From IMG/VR virus record IMGVR_UViG_3300035494_000025, positions 1 through 43,117 of that record: a stretch of DNA of 43,117 nt; one strand, written 5' to 3'. The position numbers and the translations under genes are program-made. Origin of the DNA: a virus. Of the stretch, positions 25,254 to 32,882 are shown piece by piece. Numbering within the stretch: the first letter of the stretch is position 1; every line of letters starts with the position of its first letter. Below the pieces are notes generated by a model. It saw only the letters and a list, made by a program, of their open reading frames with translations, ran no database searches and was not told where the DNA came from.

Positions 25254-25658
25254 TTATTTAGTTCGTGTTTCATTTTTACTCCAATGGTTGTTAAATTTCT
25301 TTATAAACTCTTGCTGTTTAAACTTTCTCATAGCATGCTTGGTAGTAGGTGTATACCTATTATCTGCCCATACATCAGTAGTATTAGGTATACCATCTGG
25401 GAACTTATCCTTAAGGTCTCTTATCTTAAGTAATAGTTGCATGTACTCGGGCGCTTTCCTAACCTTAGATATGCCTATTGCTACAAGGGTATTATCTAGG
25501 TTGAAGCATCTAAGCTTCCTACAAGCTGTAACGCTATCTGAGTGTAGATAATGCTTATATCTAACTACTGGCTTTATAAGCAATTCTAGAGTAGCATAAA
25601 ATCTTCCAATGTACTCATTATCTACAAATAGTGCTAAATGTGACCTATCAAACTCCAT
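25254..25658 (-). CDS. hypothetical protein (134 aa)
   Basis: ORF track entry. It overlaps the upstream gene by 11 nt. No motif recognised. Confidence 0.55.
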   Translation of the reverse strand: MEFDRSHLALFVDNEYIGRFYATLELLIKPVVRYKHYLHSDSVTACRKLRCFNLDNTLVAIGISKVRKAPEYMQLLLKIRDLKDKFPDGIPNTTDVWADNRYTPTTKHAMRKFKQQEFIKKFNNHWSKNETRTK

Positions 25659-25917
25659 CTGCTCTCCTTTTTAAGTAATCGTCAATCATTTGTTTTTCTT
25701 CTAGTGTATACCCTCTTGTTGTAGAGTATGTATCAGTTAATATAGCATCACTACGTAATGTTTTACATCTACTACACATTGAAGGAACGCTATCCAATCC
25801 AATTCTTCTGGTAAATACATAACCACAATCACAAGCAAAAGTGTATAAATTGTCTTGAATATTTATAACTTCTACCTTGTTATTTCTATACCCTATATCG
25901 TATATTTTACGTACCAA
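25648..25917 (-). CDS. zinc-ribbon protein (TTG start)
   Basis: The pairs CDCG...CSRC form a four-Cys ribbon. RBS gaggtg precedes the TTG start. A promoter motif lies about 30 nt upstream. Confidence 0.5.
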   Translation of the reverse strand: MVRKIYDIGYRNNKVEVINIQDNLYTFACDCGYVFTRRIGLDSVPSMCSRCKTLRSDAILTDTYSTTRGYTLEEKQMIDDYLKRRADGV

Positions 25918-25947
25918 TTAAGCACCTCTATTTATTATTTAGATATT

Positions 25948-25970
25948 ATTATATCATAATAATTCTTAAA
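25948..25970 (-). promoter_or_regulatory. Promoter-like motif TTTAAGA-N10-TATAAT with TGATATAAT
   Basis: The minus strand reads TTTAAGAATTATTATGATATAAT. About 40 nt are nearly identical to the 17276-17315 copy. Confidence 0.55.
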
Positions 25971-25981
25971 TTAAATTTAAT

Positions 25982-27283
25982 TTATTTAATTATTATGACA
26001 CGATTTATTGCCCTACTTAAGGCAACATACATAAGTCTTGCATAAGTAACATAATATCCATTACGTATAGCCTTCTTTATGTCATCTTGAGCTATATAAA
26101 CTGTAGAGAACTCACTACCTTGACTCTTATGTACAGTAGTAGCAAAAGGCCGTGCAAGATTAAACACTAAGCTTGTATGTGCAATGTACCTTGACCATGC
26201 AAACCCTCTCTCTTTTACCCCATCAGCAAACCTATTCTCTTTACACCATTGTGGTAGGTTTATATCATCTGCTAAACTGTGAAGCTTTATTACGTTATAC
26301 TGAGCCTCTTCTACTCCTAGCTTAAGTCTTTTAGTTGTAGCATAATGGTTAGCATCATAATATATAGTGTATGGTACATCATTTACTACAACTGTAGCCC
26401 TATCATACATAGATAAATTAGTACCATATTTCTCTATCTCATTAGTAGTTTTCTGACTAGCTATCTGCAAATCTGTACCAGTCATAAGTCGCCCCTTACT
26501 AATGCATGTAGGGTATATTAGTGTATTATTATCATCTACACTGGGTGAGTCATATACACAATCAATACCATTTATAATAAGCTCTGTACCAATATCATAT
26601 GTTAGAGGTAAATGTAATATAGATGCTATTTCATCATTTAACTCTATTATCTTAGCATTTGTATATGCCAAAGCCCTATCTGTTTTTGGATTAAAATCAT
26701 CTAGTGTACCTTGCTTTATTTTAGGATTTAGCTTTAAGTTCATCTCCTTACCAGTCTTAATGTAGTTCATAAAACGCATAAATGTCTCAACAACCTCAGG
26801 AGCTTCTGCACGATGTTGAACAGTTAGTTCCTCAATATCCTCGGTGTATAGCTCTGCCTCTATTGGCTGTCCATCAACTGGTGGAAGCTGATAAGGGTCT
26901 CCAAATACTGTTACTGCTGCTGTCTCAGGTAATACAGATAACAATAAGTCTAATATTGATTGGTTTATCATAGAAAACTCATCTATAAAAACTTTCTTTA
27001 TCTTTGACAAATCTACACCATCAATACGTTGAAGCTTTTGCATCCTTTGTCCAGGCCTAAAGTTCTGATCTAGTGTTGGTACTAACTTAAGAGCTGAATG
27101 TATAGTTACTACATTCTTAACTCCTTTCTTTGTTAATACATCAGCTGCCTTATGTGTAGGTGTTAGCACAAGAGTACTATCATCAGCCATTTTAGACAGC
27201 CTAGTTGATTTACCTGAACCAGCAAACCCTTCTATAAACTTTATCTGCTGGTTAAAACTACCTACTTGTTCTAGCATTTCCAT
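25982..27283 (-). CDS. superfamily 1 DNA helicase, Dda/RecD-like
   Basis: Walker A GFAGSGKST, motif II IDEFSM, motif III GDPYQLPPV, motif V VHKSQGSEF and motif VI YVALSRA. Confidence 0.85.
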   Translation of the reverse strand: MEMLEQVGSFNQQIKFIEGFAGSGKSTRLSKMADDSTLVLTPTHKAADVLTKKGVKNVVTIHSALKLVPTLDQNFRPGQRMQKLQRIDGVDLSKIKKVFIDEFSMINQSILDLLLSVLPETAAVTVFGDPYQLPPVDGQPIEAELYTEDIEELTVQHRAEAPEVVETFMRFMNYIKTGKEMNLKLNPKIKQGTLDDFNPKTDRALAYTNAKIIELNDEIASILHLPLTYDIGTELIINGIDCVYDSPSVDDNNTLIYPTCISKGRLMTGTDLQIASQKTTNEIEKYGTNLSMYDRATVVVNDVPYTIYYDANHYATTKRLKLGVEEAQYNVIKLHSLADDINLPQWCKENRFADGVKERGFAWSRYIAHTSLVFNLARPFATTVHKSQGSEFSTVYIAQDDIKKAIRNGYYVTYARLMYVALSRAINRVIIIK

Positions 27284-27292
27284 GTGATACCT

Positions 27293-29815
27293 TTACATTT
27301 CTGGATTTTCATATGTAGACAAACTCTCTTGAAGCTCTTGTACTACATCTGCGTATAACTTATGGCCATCTTCTGTTAATCTAAACACATACCCATCAAA
27401 CGGCCAATCAGACCACTCTTGTGATAAGTATCTAGGCACCCCTTCTCGCCATTTACTACTATACTTAATACCTACATTTGTAAAATCAATCTGTAACATT
27501 TTAGACAATGCAAGCTTACTAAACGTGTCTTTACTATACTTATCACTCATAATAAATGGTAGTATTTCTGCAAACCACTTCCATGATACAGCTGCTTTAC
27601 TTGTTTCTCTATTCCAAGTATGCATAACAAATTGAAATAGCATTATTACTTGCTCTGTATCAAGCTCATTCTCCATCTTAATAAGCCCGATAAGCTCTCT
27701 TGCATCTGATATAGTATGTACAACATTTTGAGTATTTGTTGCACCCTCCATAATCCATTTAGAACGATACTCTGTTTCTGGACTATATCTATATAACGCC
27801 TTAGACATCTCATCATCTAGTGGTAGTGAATATAAATAATATAAATAGTCTACATACTCTTGAACCTCTTCACTATATGAATGACTATGCATAATCCTAG
27901 ACAACTTCTCGCCATCTGCATCTGACAATCTCTCTGTTATACCTCTTAAATGAGCAGGCTCTAAACACAAAAACCTTCTATCTGATGGTGGTAACATCGG
28001 TCTATGGTTAGAACTACCGCTAATGGTAACATTAACCCTCTGAGTTACTATGGCTCCACCCTTCATGTTAAGCCTGCGATAAGCATTAGATGTGGACTGT
28101 TTAATCATGGCATACACCTGGTCCCAATCCTTAGTACTCAGGTCTGTCATATCCTCTAGTGATATAAGTCTAGCAGATGCAACAACATCACCCCAACCTG
28201 AAAGAGCTGTCTTCTCATTTATTGATTGTACAGCACCGCCAGCAATCAGTGATAATAGTTCTACAGTTGCTATTGACTTACCTGTACCGCCTTTATCAGT
28301 TGGTAATGACGCCATCCATAATACCATGTTAAGTGAGCCATCCCCAAACAATACATATGCGTGATAATATAGTACATATCTCAACCATTTCTGGCCTATT
28401 GTAGACATCATGGCTTTATATATAATGTTATTTTCTGGTATAACGTCTACAGCTCTAGCCTCTTTCAAATATCTACTACGGGTATACAAGTTTATAGTGT
28501 GATTAAATGTTTCCTCATCTACTACATATTGCTGCTTGTAAGGGTCATTCATGTAGTATATTATCGGCACATTACTATCCCATCCTATTACCTTACCATC
28601 CTCATTTACTATTTGACGTTCTGGATGTAGTGCATGTGCCACCTTTTCATCAAAGAAATAATGTCCGTGATGTTTCTGAACCTCCCATGACAACTTATTT
28701 ATATGCATATACATCAAGTGGCCCTTCTCAATAACTCTAAACACAGGGTTATCAGTATTAGGCTGATTATCTAAATGCGCCTGAAACTCCTCAGTATCCT
28801 CAAACAGGCTATATGGCACTATTGGTGGATGCTTAGGCAATGACGGCATGATATTTCGATGTATAAGTGCCTGACTCTTCTTAGACATCGGGTCAATACC
28901 CCACATCTCTAACAGTTTGTACAATGATGGCAGTACATGCTCTTCATAACCAAGTTCTGCAGTTGCCGTCAACTTAACAGCAATCTTATTAAACAAGTCA
29001 TATGTTAATGGAAAGTCCTCAATTCCAAGCTTTTTACGATTTGGTGGTACACTCTCTTTAGGCATAATATTCTTGAAAAACACAAACCACTGTTTTGCAT
29101 TCCACATATGTTTAGTTACTGAATTCGCTGCTACTACATCTAAAGATGCCAAAGACAAAAACTTAGTAATAAGGTTATATCTCTGAATGTTAGGCATTGT
29201 TCTAACCGTGGATGATGCACCACATGGAAGCCCCAAATGGTCTAATATCGCCAATAGGTCTGATGGTGCATCAACCATTGGAATGTCATACACTATATAG
29301 TTACCTGCGAAAGCATGCCACTCAAATATATTACCGTATGTGAATGTATCAATGTCCGTATCCATAAGCCCTACTACTCTTGATGGTAGCTTGGTAGCGT
29401 CCTCCACCTTATAATAGATGTGATACTTACCCTCTGTTGTAGTCTGAGAGTATAGTGATAACGGCATGGTTAGATGCAATGCCGGAATATGTATACTACC
29501 GTTTGGATATGTATCGCACGGTGGAAGTATGTCTACTGGCTCCTTGTCTATGTCAAACACCAATATGTTCTGCTTCATAGACAGATAGTGCTTCGCCATA
29601 TTGTCCTTGTTATGTTTTAACCACTCATTATCAGCCCAAGCTATAGCCCTAGTCATATCACTTACTGAATTGTTAGGGTTATTCTTACGATGTGTTGAGT
29701 ATGGAGCAGTCCCTGTTTTCTTACCATCATCACCAAATGTCCAACTACCGCCTGGAGTCAAGACAATGTTATGCTTAAGAAATACGTCTGCTACATGCGT
29801 TCTACTATTTTCCAT
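27293..29815 (-). CDS. bifunctional primase-polymerase (AEP) / superfamily 3 helicase
   Basis: The N-terminus has LVFDIDKE (DxD) and GKYHIYY (His motif). The C-terminal half has Walker A DKGGTGKS, Walker B-like LISLEDM and motif C SGSSN. 840 aa. Confidence 0.8.
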   Translation of the reverse strand: MENSRTHVADVFLKHNIVLTPGGSWTFGDDGKKTGTAPYSTHRKNNPNNSVSDMTRAIAWADNEWLKHNKDNMAKHYLSMKQNILVFDIDKEPVDILPPCDTYPNGSIHIPALHLTMPLSLYSQTTTEGKYHIYYKVEDATKLPSRVVGLMDTDIDTFTYGNIFEWHAFAGNYIVYDIPMVDAPSDLLAILDHLGLPCGASSTVRTMPNIQRYNLITKFLSLASLDVVAANSVTKHMWNAKQWFVFFKNIMPKESVPPNRKKLGIEDFPLTYDLFNKIAVKLTATAELGYEEHVLPSLYKLLEMWGIDPMSKKSQALIHRNIMPSLPKHPPIVPYSLFEDTEEFQAHLDNQPNTDNPVFRVIEKGHLMYMHINKLSWEVQKHHGHYFFDEKVAHALHPERQIVNEDGKVIGWDSNVPIIYYMNDPYKQQYVVDEETFNHTINLYTRSRYLKEARAVDVIPENNIIYKAMMSTIGQKWLRYVLYYHAYVLFGDGSLNMVLWMASLPTDKGGTGKSIATVELLSLIAGGAVQSINEKTALSGWGDVVASARLISLEDMTDLSTKDWDQVYAMIKQSTSNAYRRLNMKGGAIVTQRVNVTISGSSNHRPMLPPSDRRFLCLEPAHLRGITERLSDADGEKLSRIMHSHSYSEEVQEYVDYLYYLYSLPLDDEMSKALYRYSPETEYRSKWIMEGATNTQNVVHTISDARELIGLIKMENELDTEQVIMLFQFVMHTWNRETSKAAVSWKWFAEILPFIMSDKYSKDTFSKLALSKMLQIDFTNVGIKYSSKWREGVPRYLSQEWSDWPFDGYVFRLTEDGHKLYADVVQELQESLSTYENPEM

Positions 29816-30200
29816 TGCTAGCCTTCAGTTTTAGTTTCAGTTTTAACACACATAATACTACATCTGCCAATACGGCCTTGTGTATATTATGGTCATACTT
29901 TATATTCAAGTTCTTAACAAACTCATCCTTTACTACCACTGATTGTGATGCAACCGATAGCCATTGTAATAACAATGAGTTAGCACTCTTAATCATATCT
30001 ACAAAACTACTACTATGATTACCATTGTACTCACTATATAGTATAGACTCTAACAGTTCCTCTATTGTTAGTGGTGCTGATGCTGATGACTGTAGCCAAA
30101 CTGAAACAGCATGTCTATATCTCTCTACTACCATTTTATAGTTTGGTGATTTGTATACCGGCTCTACATCTGTTATGTGTAATATATAATTGGCATACAT
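29805..30200 (-). CDS. hypothetical protein (131 aa)
   Basis: ORF track entry. It overlaps the primase start by 11 nt. Confidence 0.5.
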   Translation of the reverse strand: MYANYILHITDVEPVYKSPNYKMVVERYRHAVSVWLQSSASAPLTIEELLESILYSEYNGNHSSSFVDMIKSANSLLLQWLSVASQSVVVKDEFVKNLNIKYDHNIHKAVLADVVLCVLKLKLKLKASNGK

Positions 30201-30201
30201 G

Positions 30202-30441
30202 TTAGGCCTTGCTTTGCGTTAATATTGTCCAGTGGTTAGTAGCTGCCTCTTTAAGCATCGGTACTATCTGAGAGAACCGTGTTATTGACATGTTTAAATC
30301 ACGTGCGACAACTCCTTGGTTTCTCATAGACACCTCTAACAATATTGTAGCTGCGTTTTCCATGATTATTCTGTAGTAATCAGGGTTAGGCTGAGGGGCC
30401 GACTGATGTAGTTCATGTAATAAATCTGTGAATGATTGCAT
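30202..30441 (-). CDS. small HTH-like protein (79 aa)
   Basis: The start is moved to the ATG at 30441 (RBS aaggag, 8-nt spacer), which removes the overlap with the upstream gene. GVVARDLNMSITRFSQIV is HTH-like. Confidence 0.5.
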   Translation of the reverse strand: MQSFTDLLHELHQSAPQPNPDYYRIIMENAATILLEVSMRNQGVVARDLNMSITRFSQIVPMLKEAATNHWTILTQSKA

Positions 30442-30463
30442 ATTCCTAATCTCCTTTTGTATC

Positions 30464-30727
30464 TTATTCACTAAAATTAACGTCAGTAGTTCCACTCGTA
30501 GTGTAAAACCAATAAGCCTCACCGGCTGCTGCTAGGCAGATTTCTTCTGTTTGGTTGTGTACATGCTGTAAGGCATGACCATTTTGCTTTACTGCTGCTA
30601 GGCAGATTTCCTCGGTTTGGTTATGAACATACTGCAGATTGTAGCAATCCCTTTTAACTGATTCGAGTGCCTCTTCCGTTGTCTTATATCCCAAAAATTT
30701 CATATATATATATAATCTCCTTTTCAT
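30464..30727 (-). CDS. DUF4116-type repeat protein
   Basis: Two tandem copies of L(Q)(Y/H)VHNQTEEICLAA(V/A), which match the DUF4116 repeat pattern. An alternative start exists at 30703. Confidence 0.55.
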   Translation of the reverse strand: MKRRLYIYMKFLGYKTTEEALESVKRDCYNLQYVHNQTEEICLAAVKQNGHALQHVHNQTEEICLAAAGEAYWFYTTSGTTDVNFSE

Positions 30728-31104
30728 ATTATTATTATATCAAATTATTTATTAAAATATAATAAAATTTTTTATTTCTATAATCAATTTTATTATATTT
30801 ATTATTATATAATTATATCATTGAATAAGCTTTTAGTTTTCTTAAAGTAATCTTAAAGTATAATTATAAAAATTATATCGATATAATTCCGCTAGCTTTT
30901 ATAATTATTTTCTTTTATTTATTAATATTCAATAAGTAATAGATTTTCTCTTAAAAAACTGCTCTTTGAATATAATTTATAATTGATATAATTCAATCTT
31001 AAAATTTTCTTAAATGAGTTTATTTATTGAAATTCAATATAACCTGGCCACAATTGACTAACAATTTATCAATAGTTTGGCCCTGTTATACAATTTATCA
31101 ATAG

Positions 31105-31212
31105 TTATCCACTCATTAAAGCGAAGGCAACCATTACTAACCATATAAATAGTAATGGAGGCCATACAATGCATAACACTATGAACAGGATGAACCCTAA
31201 TACTTTAGACAT
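31105..31212 (-). CDS. possible 35-aa hydrophobic membrane peptide
   Basis: MSKVLGFILFIVLCIVWPPLLFIWLVMVAFALMSG. Its ATG overlaps the stop of the upstream gene (gATGTCTAA), suggesting translational coupling. It is below the track cutoff. Confidence 0.4.
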   Translation of the reverse strand: MSKVLGFILFIVLCIVWPPLLFIWLVMVAFALMSG

Positions 31213-31480
31213 CCCAATCTCTCACTAGTGGCTCATCAGGTTCACCATTGGTATGGCTAGCCAAAAGCTTGAAGATACTGCAGTCCAACTTAGCTAAATT
31301 GTTAATCTTAGTTAGGCATGCATCAAATGTTATAGTTGGCTCTACATCAAGTCTAACAGTCAATGGAGTTCCACCGATTAGTCTAACTCTGGTTACATCT
31401 ATGTGGAGCCCATCCTTGTTAGGAAGGGTAGCAACTGTTACAAAGTGCTTATTAGTGCCGTGTTGTATTACAAATTCCAT
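31205..31480 (-). CDS. hypothetical protein (91 aa)
   Basis: ORF track entry. RBS aaggag lies before the ATG. Confidence 0.55.
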   Translation of the reverse strand: MEFVIQHGTNKHFVTVATLPNKDGLHIDVTRVRLIGGTPLTVRLDVEPTITFDACLTKINNLAKLDCSIFKLLASHTNGEPDEPLVRDWDV

Positions 31481-31489
31481 AGTAACTCC

Positions 31490-31783
31490 TTATAAGTCAG
31501 ACAAATCTAAGTCAATAGCACAACGAAGTCGTACATTGCTAAGCTCTTGTAACTCTTGCCTAGCAATTGTTAGAGCTGTATCTAGCTCATGTATAGTATT
31601 GTCGGCTATTAAAATCTCCATTTGAGCAGCCTCTAACATGTTAGACTTTATTTCTAACTGTTTAGTGAGCTTAGCCTTATCTTCCTTGTACGACAATAGT
31701 GTATTAAGTATTTGCTGTAGTTTAGCAGCGCCTATTGGTAGTATAACTTTACTATCTTGTAGTAATAGCTCTTGAACTGTCAT
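31490..31783 (-). CDS. hypothetical coiled-coil protein (97 aa)
   Basis: ORF track entry with heptad-like L/I spacing. Confidence 0.5.
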   Translation of the reverse strand: MTVQELLLQDSKVILPIGAAKLQQILNTLLSYKEDKAKLTKQLEIKSNMLEAAQMEILIADNTIHELDTALTIARQELQELSNVRLRCAIDLDLSDL

Positions 31784-31848
31784 TGTATCTCCTGTTATAG
31801 TATAGTGATGTTAGACATCATAAGCCCTCCTAAGAGGAGCCTAGCTAT

Positions 31849-32310
31849 CTATTCTTTGATGAATTTGCTTTCATCATAGATATATCCTCCTATATCCGGA
31901 TATTGTAAGGCATTGCCTTCAAAGTTGTAGCGACCACCTCTAAGCTCTCTAAGCTCTTTAAGTTGTAAAGCTAAACCTTGTACATCTTCGCCCTCAATTG
32001 CCTTAGCTGTTAAACTTTCTTCCAATTGTCTAACCTCTTTTGATAGTTGTTTCCAAGCTTTATCCGCTAAAACACAACAATCCGCTTTGTCATTTTTAAA
32101 GTTAGTTGATGGCTCGTATACCTCATGTCTGTTACACCATGTGTATTCGCGTCCGTCTACAACAATGTTTTTCTCACGTTTAACTGTGTCTAACTTTGCG
32201 TTAGATGCATATTGCTCCAAAAGCTCTGTAAGAGCCTCAACGAATTGTGGTTTAGCCTTAAACTCAGCAGCTAATCTTAGTGCCTCATTTTTCATTTGGA
32301 TTTTAGTCAT
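31849..32310 (-). CDS. hypothetical protein (153 aa), paralogue-like to 23762-24238
   Basis: RBS gaggagtctact before ATGACTAAA, nearly the same initiation region as the 24238 gene. It is the first gene after the tandem promoter/operator modules. Confidence 0.6.
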   Translation of the reverse strand: MTKIQMKNEALRLAAEFKAKPQFVEALTELLEQYASNAKLDTVKREKNIVVDGREYTWCNRHEVYEPSTNFKNDKADCCVLADKAWKQLSKEVRQLEESLTAKAIEGEDVQGLALQLKELRELRGGRYNFEGNALQYPDIGGYIYDESKFIKE

Positions 32311-32423
32311 AGTAGACTCCTCGATAAAATTTGTATAACCTAATATATAGGCTATATCAATCTTATTTATACTTATATTATATCAAAGTTTTTATAAATT
32401 TGGAATAAAAACTTTAAGCTAAT

Positions 32424-32435
32424 TTAAACGTTTAA
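32424..32435. promoter_or_regulatory. Perfect 12-bp palindrome TTAAACGTTTAA (operator candidate, copy 1)
   Basis: Exact self-complementary 12-mer. Its centre lies 50 bp upstream of the minus-strand TGATATAAT at 32377-32385. Confidence 0.55.
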
Positions 32436-32537
32436 GATTTGATAAAGAACTTATAAAGTTGGAGTTTATCTCCCCCCTCTTTATACTTATATTATATAAT
32501 AATTTGTATAAATTTGGAATAAAGATTTTAATTTAAT

Positions 32538-32549
32538 TTAAACGTTTAA
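32538..32549. promoter_or_regulatory. Perfect 12-bp palindrome TTAAACGTTTAA (copy 2)
   Basis: Exact copy 114 bp from copy 1, with the same 50-bp offset from the TATAAT at 32491-32496. Confidence 0.55.
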
Positions 32550-32648
32550 GATTTGGTAAAGATGTCATACTGGTAATGGTTATAATAATTGTTATCAACT
32601 GTCGGTGTACCATATTATGTTAAACTTTGATTAAAGAATTAAATTAAG

Positions 32649-32660
32649 TTAAACGTTTAA
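32649..32660. promoter_or_regulatory. Perfect 12-bp palindrome TTAAACGTTTAA (copy 3)
   Basis: Exact copy 111 bp from copy 2. The flanks have diverged, and CATAAT at 32614-32619 is the nearest -10-like box. Confidence 0.5.
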
Positions 32661-32882
32661 GACATCTTTAAGAAGGGGTAGACGTTGATAATGATAATCA
32701 ATATCGGCCCCAACACCTCCTAACATATAATACAGTTTTCCACTATATTTAATAAAATTTATTAAATACCAGTACAATCAAAAACATAATTATATAATTT
32801 TATAACCACCCTCAAGTAAAACAAGCCGTAAAATTATATAATTTAATAAATTTTAATAAACTCAAAACAATAAAAGCACAGC

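Larger units (their letters stand above)
32366..32563 (-). repeat. Tandem duplication of an ~84-bp promoter/operator module (units at about 32366-32449 and 32480-32563)
   Basis: Both units read tttatacttatattatat...ataaatttggaataaa...aatttaaacgtttaagattt.gtaaaga. Each holds a minus-strand TATAAT and the palindrome TTAAACGTTTAA 50 bp upstream of it. Confidence 0.8.

Noticed and set aside
32311-32882. Small ORFs inside the TerL-proximal non-coding gap (for example a 25-aa minus-strand ORF around 32655-32732)
   Set aside because: They have no RBS, and they overlap the palindromic operator. The region is better explained as repeated regulatory modules.
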